DNA of 64,000 nucleotides from Convolutriloba macropyga (Eukaryota), in the NCBI RefSeq assembly GCF_964194025.1, contig NC_134480.1, positions 37,014,001 through 37,078,000 of the forward strand, written 5' to 3'. Shown here piece by piece: positions 1 to 12,500 of this stretch. Within the stretch, counting starts at the first letter, position 1. Every line of letters begins with the position of its first letter. The notes under the pieces were generated by a model that was not told the origin of the DNA, did not search any database, and saw only the letters and a list, made by a program, of their open reading frames with translations. A program made the position numbers and the translations under genes.

Positions 1-215
1 GCTTTAGTGCAACTTAGTGCAGTGCGAGGCTTGGTTACCATGTTATTTGTCTGTGGCCTTAGAGTGTAATTATTGGATGAATTGATTGAGATGTATATGT
101 TGACAACTAGGGAGTTCTCACGCTCAATCCATTAGTGGAAATTAAATTAGTAAACATGGCAGCCATTGCAAGGAGACAATTGTTCAGAAAGGAGACAAGT
201 GTTCATTTTTACTCA

Positions 216-415
216 NNNNNNNNNNNNNNNNNNNNNNNNNNNNNNNNNNNNNNNNNNNNNNNNNNNNNNNNNNNNNNNNNNNNNNNNNNNNNNNNNNNNN
301 NNNNNNNNNNNNNNNNNNNNNNNNNNNNNNNNNNNNNNNNNNNNNNNNNNNNNNNNNNNNNNNNNNNNNNNNNNNNNNNNNNNNNNNNNNNNNNNNNNNN
401 NNNNNNNNNNNNNNN
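216..415. other. Assembly gap (200 N)
   Basis: Run of exactly 200 N; the dynein exon resumes immediately after it. Confidence 0.99.
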
Positions 416-501
416 AGCTTGGATGGCAACCTCTGTTGAGGACTTGGTTTGACAATAATCTTCCGGAGCAGTTGTCACTGGATCACAAAAATATGGTCCG
501 G
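416..501 (+). CDS. DNAH3: Dynein exon 1 of window (5' part lost in gap): [28 protein letters not shown]
   Basis: LGWxPL motif that follows AAA2 SRCGM; donor GTAAGC at 502, phase 0. Confidence 0.85.
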
Positions 502-3500
502 GTAAGCGAAATGTGAAATGAAATTTCAGGCAACTTGTTACAGGGGTTAGTGAAGTCGCAACTACAGTGAAAAGTGACCTTTTTTGATTTAGAACCATCA
601 TGGCTTACGTGTACGCCAAGTGTGAGTACTCAGTAAAGCCAACCGGTCGCTAACTTCACAACTTGGGTATTTTTGTTGCCCTTCTTTTGTTCGCCTTTTT
701 TGTTCATCAAGGCTTCCTCTCTCAGCCAAGTTTTTTTCGCTGAAAAAATAGAGTAATTTATAAAACCAGTTGTAAAGATAATGCATTAATATTGTAGATG
801 TTTACAATTCAATTACAAGATTTTTATAAGCTATCCATTATTTTCCACAGATGAAGCTTTACCTTGACCGCACTTGTTGTTCCGACTCACTTTAGTGGGA
901 GGGGGAACTATATACCCAACTGGGTTTTTTATTCAGTCAATTTTTGCCAATTGATACATGCATCGTACAGGATTGCGAATGGTGTCATCAGAAAGCCTGT
1001 CACGCATAGAATTTCAAAATTTCTTATAAATTTTTAAAATTACAAAATTTCGAAGATTTTTTAATAGCCACACAGCAATAGCTGGGGCTATTATTGGCCT
1101 TCTCTTGGTTTTTACGACTCGGAGAGGAGTATTGAGATTCTGTTCGAGCATTTACCTCCGTTAATGATTGTTGACTTCTGTTTTCGAACATTGGACTTGA
1201 ACAGTAGCTTCGTTTGTAATGTATAGTAATAATAACACATGTGCAATTGTCTTCCCAAGCAGTATCAAGTTAAACTGTTTAAAATTTTTCAGTTGAAAAC
1301 TTACGGTTTATATGAGCTATGGTTTTAAAAATTCGATTTCAAAAAATTGTTAACAGTTTTTTTGAGAGTAGCCAGTTTCAAACTTGTTTTTGCAATCTTT
1401 AAGCGTAGCTTCTTTAAAGAGAGAGGTCACAAAATTTTTCAAGGGAAATATAATGTAGTGTTAATTCTTTTTTCTTATTTAATTGATTGATTTTCAGCGA
1501 GTATACTAAGAGTTTTCATAAATTTTATATTTATTTGAATATTCCATTTCTTGGTTCTCTTTTGCTGTTATGTCCAATCGTTATAATAATGGCACATTAA
1601 CAACAAGTCTCATATCACATTAATGGTGTCGAAATAAATTGCGTTGGGTGTATTCAATATTTTTAGTGAATAGATTTTGATCTTATGGGCTTCGACACCG
1701 TCTCCTCGCGAAATTGAAATGACTTCTTGATTTTTGCCTGTATTTGTTCTTTTCGTAGTCGTATTACTTTCTGGATAATGACAAAACTCAATGGTTTTGC
1801 ATGAAGCTATAAATGAAGCCCATGAATGGTTTCAGTTGATAGCTAATTGCTTTCATGACTTTGAATTTATTTGTTTTGAAAAAGTGTAAACGTATTTTTT
1901 GACCTTGCCCTTTTTGTTTTCTATCTACTTCTCAACAACTCTCAATAAAGGCAGTTCCCATTTCTTTTCTGTTAAAATGCAAGTTACTTGATTTAGTTTA
2001 CTTTTAATTTGATGTTTTTGGAAAGTGTTTTTTTTAAAGGATAGACATTGAGTTTTCGTCGTAAGTAATGGTTGTTGTTTTATTTGATTTTGTTGTTTGT
2101 CTTGTCTCTCACTCTTCTTATTGGCAATTATCATCGGCTCTCCAATGAGTTATTGTTTCAATCGTATGTTGGTTAGAGCGTAAATCGATTTTTTAATTGG
2201 ATTAACCAATTTTTTCCGAACAAAAAGTGGTTTTTGAAAGTTTTGGTGGTTTCTTTAAGTTTCTTTATTTTTGGTGGACAATTAAGTCAAAAACGTGGTT
2301 GAGCGGGGTCGGAACATTATGTGCAGATGCAAATTACCGAGCCGCTTTGTTAAAGTTCTGCATTAAAATGGTCAGATAACACAGCTGCAATTGTCAATGA
2401 CAGATAATGTCAATCTGAGTCCAATGTATAGGTAATGTTATTGTTTTAAGCTGTGCGCTGATTGGCTGATCCACCCGTGTCTGAAGTTTGTTCAGAAGGA
2501 GTGTCAGGTGGTGTTCAGACAGAGCAACATGCAATTGGTCGGATCCCTCATCCGACTCTACAGCAGTTTCATGCAACAGATCAAGTTTGTCATTTCACAT
2601 CTACTCAATTACAAATCTTAAATTTATTTCTATGGTATGAATTGAGTAACAGTTTGATAAACAGTTGTTGGGAAAATGCATGAAGATCACTGTTACATCC
2701 CTAACGTGTATTCCTATTCTTGAGTTATGTCAACTAGTTCGAATCAAATGAAATTCTTTTATTTCGAAGTTTATAGCTGAAAATCAATGACTTGAAATTT
2801 TTCATAAAAACCTGCATATTCAAAAAAAAAACTAGATTTTGTCGGCTGATTTCAAGCGCATATTCCGACTAAACGGATAAAACGTGTAACAATTCAAACG
2901 TTCGTTAAAAGTTTGAATGAACAATTTTTTGTCCGTTAGAAGTCATATTATGATAACTTATCTTATCAGCTATTTTCTGAAAATCGATGATCAAATTTAA
3001 TGAGAAGGTGATCTCAAATTTCAGATTGGTTGCAACTCTGTTTTATGTAATAGGGATACGTACATCCAGGCAGAGGATCAAGATGAGGCATTGGAATCGG
3101 AGGACACTCTCAAGGACGAAGAAGCAGCCAAGAAACAGGCTTACAAGGAACTCAAAATGCAGGTAAGATGGTGTAATTGTTTTCCATTCTTATCATAATT
3201 ATAATACTGAAACGTTCATCGATTTTTTTGGACTAAGGAGATTGGCTTCTCAAGGAGTGTTACCGAACGCTCGTTTGATATGTGAAAAAACTAAAATTCA
3301 ATTTTTCAATTAAAAAATTACAAAACCACCAACCATTGCCTTAGTAGAGATCTAGAAAATGTAAATACCGTCCATGAAAAGACCGTACTTGACCGAAATG
3401 GGTTATGAGATGAACTTTGGCGAGAGCCTCGACTGTAAATAGAACCAGAACAGGTCAACCTAGTAAATGTATTAACGATAAAGTATTTATAGACAATGTA

Positions 3501-6500
3501 TTGACAATTAAAGAATGTATCGAACAATATTTGACTAAAAAAGAAGACTTGTTAGGGTCATGGTAAGTTCCATCATGTTTCAATGGAAGATCTCTTCATG
3601 GATTTTGTTTCGAGAAAATGAGCGCTCTATTGTTTTATTATTGCGTATTAGCAATTTTTTAATAAAATTCTATATCTGTTGTTTTTCGCACCTAAAAAGA
3701 GCAAAGTGCGTTTTTTGTAAGATCTTTCCCACTAAAAACTTTGAGGTGCATAACAGACAACCTCATCGAAGGAAGGCTGCTTCTAATTTAATTTTTTTAA
3801 GTTAGTTTTTGCCGAGGAATCATAAGGAAAGAAATTCTCGGGATAATGTTCTCTATGTTGCCTCAACTTGCGAGCAAAAAAAAATCTGCAATCTGATTTG
3901 CTTACCATTTTCTGAGGATTTTACTTTTTTCCTTAGTTGAAGTTCTGATGTTAATCATAACTACAAAGCTGTAAGCTGAGCGCAGCTATACTGAACGTGA
4001 AAAGTGAGTTAGCACCCACTATTTTTTTACGAATAATCAGATTTCAGAGAACTTTTTTGCCATTGATCCCCTTGGCTAATTTTCTTGTTTAATTTTGAAA
4101 ATCCAAAAAAATACGTAACAGTAACTAACACCCCGATGCAAAGTTGATTAACTCCGTAAAAGTCTGACACGAATAAGAAAGTTTCATTTTTTTCTTTCTA
4201 ATGTTTGACGCAAATGCAAACTCAATAATAAATAAACAAACGAGGAAACATATAACATTTTGAGACAACGTTCCTTTAATTTCGAAACTTGTGTGGATTG
4301 CGTCAACTTTGCATTGGGATATCTTGTATGCTACTGTTTCGTATTATCAGAATTTCATAAGTAGGCAAGACCACTAGTCAAGAGGTGCAATGGAGCAAAA
4401 ATTCTCTGAAGTTTGATTGCAAGATGGAGTAAGATTGCGTCAAGAAATTGAATTTTCACATAGCAAAAGTAGAGATGCTAAATTACTTCTGACGTTCAGT
4501 ACAGATTGCGGTGATCTTTGCTTTTCTTTTTTTGGTTGTTTGACACTCAATTTTGGTTTTACTGTTTCTCACGCCAGAAAGTTTGAAAGAGCGGTTTAGC
4601 TGCTTTTTTTTCTGCTGTCAAATGCGTGGCGCCATTTGTTAAGCGAATTGGCGTAAATTTTTTTGCCGAGTTTGGAATCATTTTTGTGTTCGTTACTTGC
4701 CTCACTTAATGAATTTCTTATGTCATAGGGAAAGACTGCATGTTTTAAAAAAGAATATTGCCTGCTGTGGGCCTCATTTCTTTGGGAGTAAAGTTAAATT
4801 GGAACTCAAACTGCAGGTAAGATGGCGTAATTGGTTTCCATTCCTCTCATAATTATAATACTGAAACTTTCATCGATTTCTTGAACTAAGGAGATTGGCT
4901 TCTCAAGTGGTGTTACCGAACGCTCGTTTGATTTGAGAAAATACTGGAATTCAATCTTTCAATTATATAATTACAAAACCACCAACCATTGCCTTAGTCG
5001 AGTTCTAGAAAATGTACATACCGTCTATGAAAAACCGTGCTTGACCGAAATGGGTTATGAGATGAACTTTGACGAGAGCTTCGACTGTAAATAGAACCAA
5101 AACAGGTCAACCTAGTAAGTAAATTAACGATAAAGTATTTATAGACAATGTATTGACAATTAAAGAATGTATAGAACAAATTTTGACTAATAAAAGAAGA
5201 CTTGTTAGGGTCAAGATAAGTTTCATCATGTCTCATTGGACGATCTCTTCATGGTTTTTTTCGAGAAAATGAGCGCTCTATTGGTTTACTATTGCGAATT
5301 AGCAATTTTTTTAATAAAATTCTATATCTGCTGTTTTTTCGCACCTAAAAAGAGAGCAAAGTGCGTTTTTTGCAAGATCTTTCCCAGTAAAAACTTTGAG
5401 TGGCATAACAGGCAACCTAATCGAAGGAAGACTGTTTCTAATTGAATATTTTTTGAACTTAGTTTTTCTCGAGGAATCATAAAGAAAGATTTTTTCGGTA
5501 TAATGTTGGCTATGTTGCCTCAACTTGCGAGCAAAAAAATCTGCAATCTGAATTGCTTACCATTTTCTGAGGATTTTACTTTTTTCCTTATTTGAAGTTC
5601 TGATGTTAATCATAGCTGCGAAGCTGTAAGCTGAGCGCAGTTATACTGCACGTCAAAATTTGAGTTAGCACCCCCTACTTTTTACGAGCAATCAGATTTC
5701 CGAGAATTTTTTGACATTGATCCCCTTGCCTAATTTTCTTGTTTAATTTTGAAATTCCAAAAATACGTAACAGTAACTAACACCCCGATACAAAGTTGAT
5801 GAACTCCGTAAAAGTCTGACAGGAATAAGAAAGTTTCATTCTATTCACATTTTTTCTCTCTAATGTTTGACGCAAATGCAAACTCAATAATAGATACACA
5901 AACGAGGATACATATAACATTTTGAGACAACGTTCCTTTAATTTCGAAACTTGTGTGGATTGCGTCAACTTTGCATTGGGATATCTTGTATGCTACTGTT
6001 TCGTATTATCAGAATTTCATATGTAGGCAAGACCCTTAGTCAAGAGGTTCAATGGTGCAAAAAAATCTCTGAAGTTTCTTTGCAAAATGGAGTAAGATTG
6101 CGTCAAGAAATTGAATTTTCACATCGGAAAACTAGAGATGCTAAATTACTTCTGACGTTCTGTACAGATTGCGGTGATCTTCGTTTTTCTTTTTGTTTGG
6201 TTGTTTGACACTCAATTTTGGTTTTACTGTTTTTCACGCCAGAAAACTTGAAAGAGCGGTTTAGCTGCTTTTGTGCTGCTGTCATATGCGTGACGCCATT
6301 TGTTAAGCAAAATGGCGTAATTTTTTTGCCGAGTTTTAAGTCTTTTTTGTTTTCGTTACTTGCCTCACTTAAAGGAATTCTTATGTCATAGGGGAAGACT
6401 GCATGTTTTAAAAAAGAATATTGCCTGCTGTGGGCTTCATTTCTTTGGGAGTAAAGTTAAATTGGAACTCGAACTGCAGGTAAGATGGCGTAATTGGTTT

Positions 6501-9500
6501 TCTTGCTTATCATAATTATAATGCTGAAACGTTCATCGATTTCTTGAACTAAGGAGATTGGCTTCTCGAGGAGTGTTACCGAACGCTCGTTTGATTTGAG
6601 AAAATACTGAAATTCAATGTTTCAATTAAATAATTACCAAACCACCAACCATTGCCTTAGTCGAGTTCTAGAAAATGTAAATACCGTCCATGAAAAGACC
6701 GTGCTTGACTGAAATGGGTTATGAGATGAACTTTGGCGTGAGCCTCGACTGTAAATAGACCCAAAACAGGTCAACCTAGATAGTGTTTTAACGATAAAGC
6801 ATTTATAGACAATGTATTGACAATTAAAGAATGTATCGAACAAATTTTGACTAAAAAAGAAGACTTGTTAGGGTCATGGTAAGTCCCATCATGTTTCAAT
6901 GGAAGATCTCTTCATGGAATTTGTTTCGAAAAAATGAGCGCTCTATTATTTTATTATTGCGAATTAGCAATTTTTCAATAAAATTTTATTTCTGCTGTTT
7001 TTTGCACCTAAAAAGAGCAAAGTGCCTTTTTTGCAAAATCTTTCCCACTAAAAACTTAGAGGTGCATAACAGACAACCTCATCGAATGAAGACTGTTTCT
7101 AATTGAAAAATTTTTTAAATGAGTTTTTGCCGAGGAACCATAACGAAAAAAATTCTCGGGATAATCTTGGCTATGTTCTGAGCGCAGCTATACTGAACGT
7201 CAAAAGTGAGTTAGCACCCACTATTTTTTCACGAATAATCAGATTTCAGAGAACTTTTTTGCCATTGATCCCCTTGGCTAATCTTCTTGTTTATTTTTGA
7301 AAATCCAAAAATACCTAACAGTAACTTACACCCCGATGCAAAGTTGATTAACTTCGTAGAGTCTGACACGAATAAGAAAGTTTCATTTTTTTCTCCCTAA
7401 TCTTTGACGCAAATGCAAACTCAATAATAGATAAACAAACGAGAAAACATATAAAATTTTGAGACAACGTTCCTTTAATTTCGAAACTTGTGTGGATTGC
7501 GTCAATTTTGCATTGGGATATCTTGTATGCTACTGTTTCGTATTATCAGAATTTCATAAGTAGGCAAGACCACTAGTCAAGAGGTGCAATGGTGCAAAAA
7601 AATCTCTGAAGTTTGATTGCAAGATGGGGTAAGATTGCGTCAAGAAATTGAATTTTCACATAGGAAAAATAGAGATGCTAAATTACTTCTGACGTTCAGT
7701 ACAGATTGCGGTGATCTTTGTTTTTCTTTTTGTTTGGTTGTTTGACACTCAATTTTGGTTTTACTGTTTTTCACGCCAGAAAGTTAGCAAGAACGGTTTA
7801 GCTGCTTTTTTGGTGCTGTCATATGCGTGGCGCCATTTGTTAAGCGAATTGGCGTAATTTTTTTGCCGAGTTTGAAGTCTTTTTTGTTTTCGTTACTTGC
7901 CTCATTTAATGAAATTTTTATGTCATAGGGGAAGACTGCATGTTTTAAAAAAGAATATTGCCTGCTGTGGACCTCATTTCTTTGGGAGTAAAGTTAAATT
8001 GGAACTCAAACTGCAGGTAAGATGGCGTAATTGGTTTCCATTCTTATCATAATTATAATACTGAAACCTTGATCGATTTCTTGAACTAAGGAGATTGGTT
8101 TCTCAAGTGGTGTTACCGAACGCTCGTTTGGTTTGAGAAAATACTGAAATTCAATATTTCAATTAAATAATTACAGAACCACCAACCATTGCCTTAGTCG
8201 AGATCTAGAAAATGTAAATACCGTCCATGAAAAGACCGTGCTTGACCGAAATGGGTTATGAGATGAACTTTGACGAGAGCTTCGACTGTAAACAGAACTA
8301 AAACAGGTCAACTAGTAAGTTTTTTAACGATAAAGTATTTGTAGACAATGTATTGACAATAAAAGAATGTATCGAACAAATTTTGACTAAAAGAAGACTT
8401 GTTAGGGTCATGGTAAGTTCCATCATGTTTCAATGGAAGATCTCTTCAAGGATTTTGTTTCGAGAAGATGAGGGCTCTATTGTTTTATTATTGCGAATTA
8501 GCAATTTTTATAAAATTCTATATCTGCTGTTTTTTTGCACCTAAAAAGAGCAAAGTGCGTTTTTTGTAAGATCTTTCCCACTAAAAACTTTGAGGTGCAT
8601 AACAGACAATCTCATCGAAGGAAGACTGCTTCTAATTGAAACTTTTTTAAGTTAGTTTTTGCCGAGGAGTCATGAGGAAAGAAATTCTCGGGATAATGTT
8701 CTTTATGTTGCCTAAACTTGCGAGCAAAAAAATAATTTGCAATCTGATTTGCTTACCTTTTTCTGAGGATTTTACTTTTTTCCTTATTTGAAGTTCTGAT
8801 GTTAATCATAGCTGCGAAGCTGTAAGCTGAGCGCAGCAATACTGAACGTCAAAAGTGAGTTAGCACCCCCTACTTTTTACGAGCAATCACATTTCAGAGA
8901 ACTTTTTTGCCATTGATCCCCTTGGCTAATTTTCTTGTTTAGTTTTGAAAATCCGAAAATACGTAGCAGTAACTAACACCCCGATTCAAAGTTGATGAAC
9001 TCTGTAAAAGTCTGACACGAATAAGAAAGTTTATTTTTATTCACATTTTTTTCTTTCTATTGTTTGACGCAAATTCAAACTCAATAATAGATAAAGGAGG
9101 AAACATATAAAAATTTGAGACAACGTTCCTTTAATTTCGAAACTTGTGTGGAGTGCGTCAACTTTACATTGGGGTATCTTGTATGCTACTGTTTCGTATT
9201 ATCAGAATTCCATAAGTAGGCAAGACCACTAGTCAAGAGGTTCAATCGTGCAAAAAAATCTCTGAAGTTTGCTTGCAAGATGGAGTAAGATTGCGTCAAG
9301 AATTTGAATTTTCACATCGGAAAACTAGAGATGCTAAATTATTTCTCGCGTTCAGTACAGATTGCGGTAATCTTTGTTTCTCTTTGTGTTTGGTTGTCTG
9401 ACACTCAATTTTGGTTTTACTGTTTTTCACGCCGGAAAACTTGAAAGAACGGTTTTTGCTGCTTTTTTTGCTGCTGTCATATGCGTTGCGCCTTTTGTTA

Positions 9501-12500
9501 AGCTAATTGGCAAAAATTTTTTGCTGAGTTTTGTGATCAGTTTTGTTTTTCGTTACGTGCCTCACTTAATGAATTTCTTATGTCATAGGGGAAGACTGCA
9601 TGTTTTGAAAAAGAATATTGCCTTCTGTGGGCTTCATTTCTTTTGGAGTAAAATGAAATTGGAAATTTTGAACATTGTTTTTGAAAAGAGTCTTGTTATA
9701 TTTTAAAGATTTCCATCTTTTTAAATTATTACATGTTGCTGTCTATTGTTATTCGGCTATTCAGCACTTAACTATATTTCGGCAGCTAATTCGACCTTTT
9801 TCAGGATATGTTTGCTTTATCAAAATAAGTTTCGTTTTTTTGCCTTTTTTTGAGAAAATTTTGGTTTGTAATCCCTTATGTATTTCATAACAATTGTGTT
9901 TTAACGAATGCTTCATAAGTTCGATGTTGTTTTTGTTGTTGCAGGTTAGTGTTTAGGGATGTTATTGTTACTTTTCATGTTGCTCGATTGTTTACGAGAT
10001 TAGTTTTTAAACTTTCTTTGGACAACTGAGCTATGCAATCATCATTAACAACTGTTTCATAAGTTGATGTCATTTTCGTTGATGCAGATTGTGTTAAAGG
10101 TTGTTAATGTTACTGTAATTGTTGCGCGATAGTTTACGTATATTTATTTTTAATTATTCTTTGAACAACTGAGCTATGCAATCTTCGAGCACTTCAACTA
10201 CAAAACTCTAATTAAATACTCCAAAATTTGAGCGATTGATGGAAATTTGGACGCTATTTAATGACGGTTTCTCAAAATTCGTGCTCTTGTTTTTATCAAA
10301 GCTGTCGCAGGAATTAATGGAACAAAAATTTATCGTTTTTGCAAAAGACTTGAAAGACTTCAAATGACTTATGCTCTCTAGTTTTCATAAAAATATTTAT
10401 TAATATCAACCTCTCAATCAAACTATGCAAGTTTTAACTGACCTCTGTAATTCAAGAAGAATCAAATAAGAGAAATTATTACAAATTTGGAATTTGATTT
10501 TTTTTCAAAAACTTGTGTGCATTTTTTTTTGGAGACATTAACCAACGGCCCAAATCTGAGGCTTCAAAAGTAAATCTTTTAGAAGTAACCTAAAAAACAA
10601 AGCTTGTTGTTCCGACCCCACTTGTGGGGGAAGGAATTATATACTCAAATGGGTTTTTTTTGTTCAGTCAATTTTGGCCGTTCGATATATTCATCGTAGA
10701 GAAATGTGAGTGGTAAAAAGCTCGTCCAGCCTAGAAATTGAAATTGAAAAGTTTTTTTTAATTTCGTTTTTTCCGAGGAGTTATCGCTGATTGAAGTTTT
10801 ATGTGAACACGTGGTATTTGGTATGACTTCGTTCACTTTTAGTGTAATTTTTCTTCAAATAATAATATTTTCTTTAAAAATTTTTCATTCAAAATTACAC
10901 TTCACGCCACAAAAGGAATCAAGTTCGTACTTCTAATATACGAAAGGTGATAAAAGACTAGTTCTGGTCTCATAGGGAAGTTTACTATAAAATAAAATCG
11001 AATTCTATTTGAGAGATGTCTTTTTTTTTAAAAAAAAACTTCCTATTTTTTTAGGTCACCTAGAAACTGTTCAATTTTCATATCGATGTTTGGTTAATGA
11101 TAAACCTGATTTACTATAAAATGACGCCCAATGAACAAAAAACGCGTTTTCAAGGAATCGCACATGTTTTTATGGCTTCGACTTTGAGCTTTTGTAATTT
11201 TTAATGAAATTTTGATTTTCTTTTTGAGGTTTTTAATAATTTTTTGGCACCCTATGCCATAGAATCGTTGACTAAGAGTAAAATGTGTTTTTTCATAAGC
11301 ATTGGTGAAGCTATTCAGTGCTTTGATTTGACAGCTAATGGCTGTTAAGACTTTATATATAATTTTTCAAAAAATTTTTTTGAACTTTAGCCAATCATGC
11401 TTATTTCTGTAAACTGTAAGTCAGCCTCAGTACTGATAGGATCCCCTTTTTTCTACTGTAACCCACACTAATCTGTTTAGTGGTTTTATCTTCTAAATAT
11501 TGGTTTTATGACTTCGATGCCACAAGTTTTCAAAAACAATTTTAAAATGTTTGGTTAGTTTTGTATTTTTGAATCCTTTTGAAATTTTATCACATTATTC
11601 TAATTTAGATAGCTTCCGTTTGTTTAGGGAAGACGTTCAATGGATCATAGTTGAAGTTTTCAGAGAAAAGCTTAAGGTTTAAATGGCTTCGACACTTTCT
11701 TCTCAAACTTTTCTACTGATTTTTTGGTTTTTGCCCGTATTTGTTTTTTTTCAATGTCATAAGACTTATTGTGATATCTTATTGACTACCCATGCATGAA
11801 AAACATTTTTGTCCTTCTATCGAGTCATGACTGAGCGTATTTGTTGACTTCTTTTGAAAGCTATTGATTTTAATGGCTGTTAAGTCTTAACTTAATTTAA
11901 CCAATCGTAAACTTATCTTCGTGATTTGTACGAACGTCTCAGTAATTACCGGAACTCCTTCTTCCTACTTCAACAAAATAATCTATTTTGCGGCTTTATC
12001 TTCTAACTATGGGTTTGAAAAAATCGATAAGCGAATGTTCTTAAATTTTTGGACATTTGGAAAATTTTTGGATTTGTTTTTGATTCTTCTGAAATCTCAT
12101 GACATTATCTTATTAGTGTTAGTTCCAATTGACTTAGTAAGGACGTTCAATTGATCAAAGATGAATTTTTCAGAGACAAGCTAATGGTTTAAATGATTCT
12201 CACTTTATTCTCGCACTTTTCTACTGAATTTTTGGTTTTTGCCTGTATTTGTTGTTGTTTTCTTAGTCAATGACTTATTGAAATGTCTTATCGTATCCAT
12301 GGCTTGTCAATGACCCACATCCTTGTCGTCTCATCGAGGCATAACTCCTATGCTCCAATCGAGCGCTTTTATTGCCTTTCGCTGAAAGCAATTGAGTTTA
12401 ATGGCGTTGATACTACCGGTTTTCTCAGAAATTTCGTGGTTTTTTGTATTTGTTCATTTTTATTGATATTTTGAAGTCATATTGAAAAAAAATCTCATGC

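Noticed and set aside
135-601. ORFs spanning the N run
   Set aside because: Artefacts of translating N; only 416-501 is real coding sequence.
3318-9890. Recurring similar short ORFs that look like a small gene family
   Set aside because: They are translations of the tandem repeat; frames break differently in each unit and no domain is recognisable.
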